Source of the DNA: Octopus bimaculoides
Lineage: Eukaryota
Assembly (NCBI RefSeq): GCF_001194135.2
Contig: NC_068988.1
Location: 67,490,647-67,522,811 of the forward strand
Length of the DNA stretch: 32,165 bases
Direction of reading: 5' to 3'
Shown here: positions 23,554-32,165 of the stretch, piece by piece
Numbering within the stretch: the first letter of the stretch is position 1
Layout of the letters: each line of letters opens with the position of its first letter
Notes under the pieces: model-generated
Database searches by the model: none
The model's input: only the letters and a program-made list of their open reading frames with translations
Told to the model about the DNA's origin: nothing
Translations under genes and position numbers: made by a program

Positions 23554-23846
23554 CTAGTGGCATTTGTACTTATATTGGCACCAGTTCCAGAAATGCTATA
23601 TGTGCTGTATAACAACAGGACTTCACGGAAATCCATATTGCGTATAATTATCTATTTACGAGGTATATATTCGCTCTGACAAGAATTTTGACCGACCGAT
23701 ATATCGTGTTAGCCAAGAACTTGGAGAGTACCTCCAAGTTGCGTCATATAATTACAGTTTATACTTGGCACCGATAGTAATATCTAGATTTATAATATCC
23801 TCGCTGTGTGCTTGTACATAGAGTATATATATATATATATATATAT

Positions 23847-24789
23847 NNNNNNNNNNNNNNNNNNNNNNNNNNNNNNNNNNNNNNNNNNNNNNNNNNNNNN
23901 NNNNNNNNNNNNNNNNNNNNNNNNNNNNNNNNNNNNNNNNNNNNNNNNNNNNNNNNNNNNNNNNNNNNNNNNNNNNNNNNNNNNNNNNNNNNNNNNNNNN
24001 NNNNNNNNNNNNNNNNNNNNNNNNNNNNNNNNNNNNNNNNNNNNNNNNNNNNNNNNNNNNNNNNNNNNNNNNNNNNNNNNNNNNNNNNNNNNNNNNNNNN
24101 NNNNNNNNNNNNNNNNNNNNNNNNNNNNNNNNNNNNNNNNNNNNNNNNNNNNNNNNNNNNNNNNNNNNNNNNNNNNNNNNNNNNNNNNNNNNNNNNNNNN
24201 NNNNNNNNNNNNNNNNNNNNNNNNNNNNNNNNNNNNNNNNNNNNNNNNNNNNNNNNNNNNNNNNNNNNNNNNNNNNNNNNNNNNNNNNNNNNNNNNNNNN
24301 NNNNNNNNNNNNNNNNNNNNNNNNNNNNNNNNNNNNNNNNNNNNNNNNNNNNNNNNNNNNNNNNNNNNNNNNNNNNNNNNNNNNNNNNNNNNNNNNNNNN
24401 NNNNNNNNNNNNNNNNNNNNNNNNNNNNNNNNNNNNNNNNNNNNNNNNNNNNNNNNNNNNNNNNNNNNNNNNNNNNNNNNNNNNNNNNNNNNNNNNNNNN
24501 NNNNNNNNNNNNNNNNNNNNNNNNNNNNNNNNNNNNNNNNNNNNNNNNNNNNNNNNNNNNNNNNNNNNNNNNNNNNNNNNNNNNNNNNNNNNNNNNNNNN
24601 NNNNNNNNNNNNNNNNNNNNNNNNNNNNNNNNNNNNNNNNNNNNNNNNNNNNNNNNNNNNNNNNNNNNNNNNNNNNNNNNNNNNNNNNNNNNNNNNNNNN
24701 NNNNNNNNNNNNNNNNNNNNNNNNNNNNNNNNNNNNNNNNNNNNNNNNNNNNNNNNNNNNNNNNNNNNNNNNNNNNNNNNNNNNNNNNN
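23847..24789. other. Assembly gap (N run)
   Basis: Run of N. Confidence 0.99.
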
Positions 24790-25115
24790 GCCCGTGAAAT
24801 TAACGTGCAAGTGGCTGAGCACTCCACAGACACGTGTACCCTTAACGTAGTTCTCGGGTATATTCAGCGTGACACAGTGTGACAAGGCTGGCCCTTTGAA
24901 TTACAGGCACAGCCGAAACAGAAAGTAAGAGTGAGACTGACAGAAAGTTATGGTCAAAGAGTACAGCAGGATTCGCCACCATCCCCTGCCGGAGCCTCGT
25001 GGCGCTTTAGGTGTTTTTGCTCAATAAACACTCACAACGCCCGGTCTGGGAATCGAAACTGCGATCCTACGACCGCGAGTCCGCTGCCCTAACCACTGCG
25101 CCATTGCTCCCCCAC
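24790..25115 (-). mobile_element. tRNA-derived SINE, family 3 (tRNA-Arg-like head, reminiscent of octopus OR-type SINEs); 3' end lost in the gap
   Basis: A box TGGCGCAGTGG (25093-25103) and B box GTTTCGATTCC (25049-25059), followed by a non-tRNA body. There is no paired acceptor stem. The family name is from memory and unverified. Confidence 0.85.
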
Positions 25116-25450
25116 GGCAATGACACAAATATCTGTAAAACATGCATCAAATCAGAAAGGGGAACGTCTATTACAGCCGTGAATTTCCAGGTACCAGTTC
25201 TTACACTTAAGATAATAATATGTAAATGTATACACAGATTCATAGATATTATAGTATAGAGAAAGTAATGAAACCTTTTATATTACAGACTGTTCAGTAT
25301 TATCACAAAAGGTGCAGTCGGCCTATGTACAGAGGCTCCTTGCCTTACTTTACCCTGGAGTTCTAAAAATGAAGAATCACTTTTGAGTATGTTTAATCAA
25401 CTGACTCCTTGCCCTCCATTCTGATGGCTTTTTATCTAATTTAGAAACTT

Positions 25451-25490
25451 TCTTTTTCTTCTTCTTCTTCTTCTTCTTCTTCTTCTTCTT

Positions 25491-25569
<79 letters not shown>

Positions 25570-25575
25570 GTATTA
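25451..25575. repeat. (CTT)n followed by (ATT)n
   Basis: Direct reading; explains the poly-Lys/poly-Asn ORF. Confidence 0.97.
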
Positions 25576-25739
25576 GTTTTAGTATTATCAATTTTATTTC
25601 TCTTTATCATGGCTGTAGTTATCCTCTCGCTAAAATGGGGCATTTTAAGGAAGAATATGTTGATGGGTTTTCTATGTTGTTCGGCGTGTTGGTCGTCTTG
25701 GATACTTAAGCCGATTTACAATGGATCTAGGATATCCGC

Positions 25740-26490
25740 TGGTTTTCAATATATCTAGGAAGCGTGTAGTGTAGCCATCCGAAGAGCCATAAGAAGAGAA
25801 GGGCTAGACATACAACTAGCCCACTCCCACCCCTCTCTGAGAGGACACCTCTCAAAGAAACGAATAAGGGACAACAATCAATGCATACTAACACACTCTC
25901 CCATTCGTGACACAGATTTATGCCAACGGGTAAATGTTGTGCATAAAATACAATGTAACAAATGCAACAAGTTCTATGTGGGAAGCACAACAAGACCGTT
26001 ACACGTCCGCATCAAAGAACATCTGAACACGAGAACCTCCTCCTTCAGAAAGCATCTAGACAGATGCAGGGGTAATTTAAGAATTAAGGAAGCTTTTCTC
26101 ATACACAGACTAGGACCCCAAATTAACAACAGGATGGAGGTTGGTAATCAATATATTATTTAGCTACATTTGGATGTGTGTAGGTTCATTCTTAATAACA
26201 TGCTCATGTATTGTGTATAACAAAAAAAAAAGAAGGGCAACAAAAAAAGAAAAGCTGCACGTATAACACATAACTTAGAAGCAGCGCTACAGATTTACCA
26301 ACACACACGAGATTGAAACATAGCCGACCTCACGCGCTTCTCATGAGGAATTCCGGAATAGGCTTCGTGAGACCACTACTGAGACGCTTCCGAAAAAAAA
26401 AGAAAACTGTTAGAAAACAGTTTATAGCAGAGACTCCATCTAAGAATATCTGAAGAAGGAATTGTAATTCCGAAATATCATCGGACTATA
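25740..26490 (+). mobile_element. Penelope-like element 3' fragment (linker plus GIY-YIG endonuclease, internally deleted) with its 3' region
   Basis: Stop-free frame 25759-26163: EACSVAIRRAIRREGLDIQLAHSHPSLRGHLSKKRIRDNNQCILTHSPIRDTDLCQRVNVVHKIQCNKCNKFYVGSTTRPLHVRIKEH...LRIKEAFLI...PQIN. This matches the PLE pattern V(Y).I.C..C...Y(I/V)G.T.R.L..R..EH. Confidence 0.88.
26448..26481 (+). ncRNA. Minimal type I hammerhead ribozyme motif (Penelope-associated)
   Basis: CTGAAGA-A-GGAAT-TGTA-ATTCC-GAAA-TAT-C: intact core, 5-bp helix II and palindromic ATAT helix III, with predicted cleavage after C26479. Helix I is only 2 bp. Confidence 0.6.
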
Positions 26491-26581
26491 GGAAACTAAA
26501 TTACAACAGGTATATAGACCATTTTTTTTGTATTATAGTGCATTGTTGTACCATTCAAAATATTTTATTCTTTATATATAT

Positions 26582-26679
26582 NNNNNNNNNNNNNNNNNNN
26601 NNNNNNNNNNNNNNNNNNNNNNNNNNNNNNNNNNNNNNNNNNNNNNNNNNNNNNNNNNNNNNNNNNNNNNNNNNNNNNN
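26582..26679. other. Assembly gap (N run)
   Basis: Run of N. Confidence 0.99.
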
Positions 26680-26994
26680 GTTTCTGTGTGTGTGTGTGTG
26701 TGTGTATACTTTTCTGAAGTATACAATCAACATTTTTTTTTTAATGGTACATAGTGGAAGAATAAACAGTGAATCTAACTTTCCTACATCTTTCGAGGCA
26801 GGCGTCATTGATACGTTAGATCTTCCGTTGAAACATCTGTCAAGTCGACATCTGCAGGATATAGTGGTGAAAAATTGAATTCAGGTGGCATAAATGCTGA
26901 CCTCGAATGGGGTTAGGGAAATACAATAGGGCTAAGACATCTAGATGCGTTAAATGTAGTTGAGTAGAACAACCGAATGTAACGAGTGGTTTTG

Positions 26995-27030
26995 TATTAT
27001 TATTATTATTATTATTATTATTAGTATTAC

Positions 27031-27078
<48 letters not shown>
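26995..27078. repeat. (ATT)n followed by (AGT)n
   Basis: Direct reading. Confidence 0.95.
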
Positions 27079-27759
27079 CATACGTGTTGTTGATTTTCCT
27101 TAAGGCAATTCTGCCCGTATTAAACAGAATCATCATCGAGAACATTCTAGTCGTGACTTTACGGTTTTCTAACGAATGTCTCGCATTAAATTATCTACTG
27201 AAGTGTTTCTTTTGTTTTTGCTTTAAAGGCAGTAAGGTATAATTTGGAAATAGTGCAGTTGTTATACCTAGCAACTCGAACAACCAGGTGAAAGTTTCAT
27301 TGTTGCTGGATGCCTGTATGTAAATCTCTAGACCTAACTTGGGAGTATTGGTTTATGAATCTCATTGGTGCTTTGTAGATCGGATGTATTTTGTGGTTCT
27401 TAAATGGTTTGTGATATTTTGCTTTTGCTATACTATGTTTTGGAGTTCGCAAAAATGTTTATCAATACTTCTACGACGTAGATTTGGTAGCGATTTAGGA
27501 GGTTTTCTTTACGTGTTATGCTTAACCAAGGATATATAAAGTATTTAATATGAACAATGGTGCAACTGTTATGCTGTTGCAAAACTATATCGTCCTTTTC
27601 TCCGTTATTTCATATTTCTCTTCATTAAGGCATTTCAAATTTGAAAGAGTATATCTCAGTTGGCTGACACCTTGGTATTGAAGAGAAAAGAATGACATTA
27701 TATTTCCGGCAATAGGCATTTTTGTAGGTTACAATAACCTGGGTATTGATTGGTATATA

Positions 27760-27976
27760 TGGCAGGGCGCTGAAAAGTCCCTGGCTTTAAGGGTATCGGG
27801 TCTGGTAGGAAGCCCGATATTCCGACTACTTTTACATTCAGATCTTGAATAACTGAAAGGAAAGATGCAATAAGTGTGTGAATCCGAGACAGGAATAGGT
27901 TGAGTAGAATCATAATTAACTGATCCTCCTGTATTTTGTTTTATTCGAAGCGAGGAACTTTTCAGAACCCCGCTCA
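27760..27976 (+). mobile_element. Mariner-derived MITE (217 bp) with TA target duplication
   Basis: Imperfect TIRs: tggcagggcgctgaaaagtccctggctt versus the reverse complement tgagcggggttctgaaaagttcctcgctt. TA at 27758-27759 and 27977-27978. The interior is a decayed mariner C-terminus (RCNKCVN.R.E.VE*). Confidence 0.8.
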
Positions 27977-28967
27977 TAGTTACACTTTAGTAGACATTGT
28001 ATTTTATAACGTGTGAACGAAAATGTACCACTTTAACAGTACGCGATACAATTATGGGACTTCAATTCGCGGTTAGATGTAATACATGAGACTTAAAATT
28101 CAGTGTGCGTCTGACTTGCATTAAGCTGGTGTCGACAAAATAAGTTTAAACATTTATCTGGCTGTTGAGTGTATAATATTAGAGAAGGTAATAGCTACCC
28201 AATTCTACATTATAGATTGTTGCTGTTGTCATTTGTTTTCATGGCTCCTGCATCTTATCAACTTTACATTCTCTCGTAAAATTCAAAGTCCCTACTTTAA
28301 TTTCACATGTCCAATTCCAAATTGTGGGATACCCAACCGTCAAATATGCTGTGTATGCTCACTCTTAATGAATACATCTTTATGTAATCTCATTAATGGC
28401 TTGCCTTGTGAGTCGAGAAGCTGAAGTCAGAAATCAACATTGCTGAGTAATATAAATCTGAATGTTGATAGACTTTTAACATATTCAGGCAGCTGAGATA
28501 AAAGTTTTCTCATTAGCTGTGCGTGATTAATTAAAATATCTTCTCTCCCGAAAATTCGTGTTTATCAACAAAAGTTGATTAAAGTGGAAAATGAAAGAAA
28601 TAGAAGTCTTATGAACATTAAATTTAACGATTAATTAGCGACTTTGCATATCAGACGAACACCTGTAAATAGACTTTATGTTATAATCTCCTATGCTCAC
28701 TTCTCCAGGGTTTTGTGTCACAAATAATCTCTTCTATTCATAATTTTGTTCTTCTGTGACATTCTAATAAATGCGATTATTTTAATAAAATTTTGCTATT
28801 TTAATGAAAGAAAGCACACTATTATAGTCTTTTCTCTATCTCTTACTCACACTTTTTTTTTGAGAAAGATTCATTGTTTAGAAATAATATCTTAAAATTA
28901 TAATTATCAGTAGCCGTTAGTGAAAAGAAGTGGAGGCACACATTCAATGTTGTTGTTTGGAAATTAT

Positions 28968-29339
28968 TACTCTTTTACTTGTTACAATCATTTGACTGTG
29001 ACCATGCTGGAGTACCTCCTTTAGTCGAGCAAATCGACCACAGGACTTATTCTTTGTAAGCCTAGTACTTATTCTATCGGGTTCTTAGGTCGAACCGCTA
29101 AGTTACGGGGACGTAAACACTCTAGCATCAGTTGTCAAGACATGTTGGGGGGTCAAACATAGAAGCACAAACATATACAGACACATACACACACACATAT
29201 ACATACATATATACGACAGGCTTCTTTCAGTTTCCGTCTACCAAATCCACTCACAAAGCTTCAGTCGCCCCGAGGCTATAGTAGAAGACACTTGCCCAAG
29301 GTGCCACGCCGTGGCAGTGAACCCGGAACCATGTGGTTC
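28968..29339 (-). mobile_element. SINE family 1, slightly 5'-truncated
   Basis: Matches 2647-3050 throughout, including the internal microsatellite at about 29160-29215. Confidence 0.9.
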
Positions 29340-29732
29340 ACGCCTATTAGTGGAATGTTTGAAAATTTATATTTTGTGGTATTTCAATAAACATTCTCAA
29401 AGAAATAATACGTTATTATAATCTGCATGAACTAGTTTAATGTCTATCACAAAGAAAATCGTTAGATCGGTGAGTATTGTTCTTGATCAACTCTTGACCA
29501 ATGATATGGGTTCTTACGGATGTATCAATACACTATAGAACACCTACTCTGTTAGCACTGCTCTCAACTGAATAGTTTACTAACTACTTTGAATGCTTTG
29601 TTAAATGTAGATTTCACACATAGGTTGATGTTTTTCAGATGCTTGTACTTCTAAAACATTTCCCAGATCCTAATGTTTCAGAAAATGTACATACTACTTT
29701 TTTCATTAATACAACATAGATTTGCATATACT

Positions 29733-29755
29733 TGTATGTATGTATGCATGCATGC

Positions 29756-29788
<33 letters not shown>

Positions 29789-29818
29789 TGTATGTATGTA
29801 TGTATGTATGTATGTATG
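29733..29818. repeat. (TATG)n microsatellite
   Basis: Direct reading. Confidence 0.95.
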
Positions 29819-31115
29819 TCATTGTTCAGTTTTATTTCAAGATTTCTTGCCAATAAAGAAAGTGATGGTTTCTAACCTAGATTCGAGGCTTCTTCATTGG
29901 AATTTCAACATCAAAAACAGGGTATTTTTATTCGTATATATATGAGAAGATTTGTATGTTTTACTTTATGTACGTATTCTCATGCATATAGTTGCATATC
30001 TAAACATGCGCCTATATATTTAAGTGATAAACTTCTGGAAAGTTTTACAGATTTTAACAGTTCCAGTTGATTGGATCTGTAGTCTTCGAATTAGCTTTCT
30101 CCTTTCTACTTTTGAAAAGCCTAATTTATCAAGATTGGTATTTAGGCAGTGTGTTACATATCCCTGGTCCCCAATAATTACAGGTACAAACCTGAATTTG
30201 TAATCTGGATAGGGCAACTCCTGATTTCTCATAGTTCAGCATAGATATTATCTTTTTCAGTGATCTTCAGTTTTATGTTAACATCCGTCGGGTAGCTAAT
30301 TTTCACAACTTTACACAATATCTCTTCTCTATCCCAAATCATTATATCAGGTCTGTTGTGCTTACGTTTTAGTGAGGTCTTCACTGGGATATTCCACCAG
30401 TACTCCCTTTTTTATTATAAGTGGCTATCGCTTCTAACATACTGTGGGTTCTTATTTCTTTGTCCTGGGGGTTATCTTTCCGACGGAATACATAATAAAG
30501 TGTCCTAGCTAGGATATCATGTCTCATCGGTAGATAATACCGTGACGACATTTTAGGATAACTGCCTATGATGTGGGTGTTATCTTCGGTGTCAACTCCA
30601 CAAAGTCTGCATCGGTTGTCACATTTTACTGTTTTTCCTGCTTCTCTATCTCTTTTATGCATTAGGTACTTGGTTGATATCTCTTGTTCCTGGATTACAC
30701 ATGCATACCCTTCAAAATGGGAGGTATTAATCCGGCTATTTGTCCATGATAGACTGCTTTGAGGATCAATATTATTATCACCTTGGTGCTTTCTACAAAT
30801 ATATCAATGCATAATCTTCTCCTCACACAGGCTCATACTTTCATCTGACGTTACGTTGCGGTAGAGTCGTGCGACTTCTTTGGACATGTATTCTAGTTTA
30901 TCAGACAAGGAATGTTACTCAAGGAGCTGCCTTCCAAATCTTATGACGTTATCAGCCTTATGTATGCAAACTTAGTGAAGGGATACACTTTGACACTTGG
31001 TGGTTAGAAGATGTTGCCGAAGGAATATGATACGAGATTCAAAGGCATTTTGGATCGATGTTAAGCCTCTGCTGCCGTGTTTTCGTTTTAGGCAGAGGCG
31101 GTCTATGTCACAGTT
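29819..31115 (-). mobile_element. 5'-truncated R4/Dong-type retrotransposon, copy 1 (post-RT region, CCHC knuckle, REL endonuclease, 3'UTR)
   Basis: DIDRLCLKRKHGSRGL (the RLY.PR..GGRGL motif), CRLCGVDTEDNTHIIGS (CCHC-like), MRHDILA, EYWWNIPVKT..KHNRPDIMIWD and VPVIIG...TVKICKTF. Frameshifted. Confidence 0.88.
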
Positions 31116-31167
31116 TATGTACGTATGTATGTATGTATGTATGTATGTATGTATGTTTGTATGTATG
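31116..31167. repeat. (TATG)n between the two R4/Dong copies
   Basis: Direct reading. Confidence 0.95.
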
Positions 31168-31752
31168 ACATTATTCAGTTTTATTTCAGGATTTCTTGTC
31201 AATAGAGAAAGTCCCAGTTTCTAACCCAGATCTAAGGTTCCTTCACTGGAATTTCAACACCCACTGGGTATTTTTGTATGTTTGTATGTATATGTGCAGA
31301 TTTGTGTTTTGTTTTTATGTATGTATTCTCATGCATATACTTTTATGTCTAGACATTCTCATATATAATTAAATAATAAACATCTTGAAAGTTTTACAGA
31401 TTTTTACAGTTCCACTGTTGGATTGGATTTCTAGTCTTCGAATCAACCATCTGCTTTCTGCTTTTGAGAAGCCTAATTTCTCAAGACTGGTATTCAGGCA
31501 GTGTGTTACGTATCCCAGTGCCTCAATAATTACAGGTATAAACCTGAACTTGTCATCTGGATAGAGTAGCTGTAGATTCCACAATAGTTCAGCGTTGGGT
31601 TGGTTTTTTTTCGCTGACCTTTAGCTCAATCCTAACATCCGGCGGGAAGCTGATTTCCACAACTGTGCACCATTTCTCTTCTCATTCACAAATTACAATG
31701 TCAGGTCTATTATGTTAAACAATTTATTGAGATTTTCACAGGGACGTACATG
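31168..31752 (-). mobile_element. 5'-truncated R4/Dong-type retrotransposon, copy 2 (REL domain plus 3'UTR)
   Basis: DVPVK...RPDIVI...VVEISFPPDV...LWNLQLLYPDDKFRFIPVIIEALG...TVKICKTF. The 3'UTR is homologous to 29819-30020 but visibly diverged. Confidence 0.88.
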
Positions 31753-31815
31753 TATAATTTATCTTTTATCTTTCACTTGTTTCATTCATTACACTGCGGC
31801 CAGGTACTGCCTTGA
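31753..31815 (-). mobile_element. Short SINE 3'-tail fragment related to family 1
   Basis: atcttttatctttcacttgtttcattcattacactgcggcca resembles the family-1 tail (ttttacttgtttcagtcatttgactgcggcca). Confidence 0.55.
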
Positions 31816-32165
31816 ATTTTTAGAAGTTTAGAATTTTTAGTTAGAGTTATGAACTCTAACTAAAAACACTTGTCTCCCCTTACACACACTTCCTGTTTTG
31901 ACACCACATTTCCTGCTTAACACAAACTTTTAACCCTTTTTTTAAACCTAACAAAACTCTCAACTCTCATGCATCATTATTTTTCCTACCAATTTATACA
32001 TGAACTACTATTGAACTACAAAAGCTCAAAGACAATATAATGTATGGGTATATTTATTTTTTTATATATTATTGTTTTATATATTATTTTCTTCATTTTG
32101 TACTTTTTTGTACTTCTTTGTAAAAAAACATTTTCATTCTCCTTCTTCTTGATAATTTGCTTCAT

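Noticed and set aside
23718-23740. 9-bp hairpin AACTTGGAG-AGTAC-CTCCAAGTT, and an 8-bp hairpin at 11528-11547
   Set aside because: Short enough to occur by chance in 32 kb; no Helitron-type CTRR end follows.
25040-25115. Functional tRNA gene
   Set aside because: A and B boxes are present, but the acceptor and anticodon stems do not pair and the sequence continues into a SINE body.
26788-26851. Minus-strand exon candidate (atcctgcag|...GAT|GTAGGA)
   Set aside because: Weak donor and no recognisable peptide.
27080-27540. Possible decayed non-LTR 3' end next to (AGT)n
   Set aside because: No convincing protein motif recovered in any frame.
21553-31540. Plus-strand AG|GT composites, e.g. 21559, 25188, 27725, 30182 and 31532
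   Set aside because: Weak pyrimidine tracts or donors, several inside transposons; treated as background for the 21849 site.

Overview
This is AT-rich, microsatellite-dense eukaryotic DNA with five assembly gaps. The repeat families match my recollection of octopus (Octopus sp.) genomic sequence; that is recognition, not a database result. No intact protein-coding gene is present as one ORF, and nearly all ORF-track entries are microsatellite, N-run or transposon artefacts. The supportable content is mostly decayed mobile elements: several tRNA-derived SINE families (one a dimer with a 16-bp TSD), two Tx1/L1-type LINE remnants, a CR1/L2-like remnant, four R4/Dong-type (REL endonuclease) remnants stacked head-to-tail inside microsatellites, a Penelope-like GIY-YIG fragment with a downstream minimal hammerhead ribozyme, and two mariner-derived pieces. 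Strong splice signals recur on the minus strand, suggesting the window lies inside a long-intron minus-strand transcript. The most interesting leads are a candidate recursive-splicing (zero-length exon, AG|GT) site at 21849/21848, an R4/Dong family apparently targeting (ATAC)n, the Penelope hammerhead and the TSD-flanked dimeric SINE.
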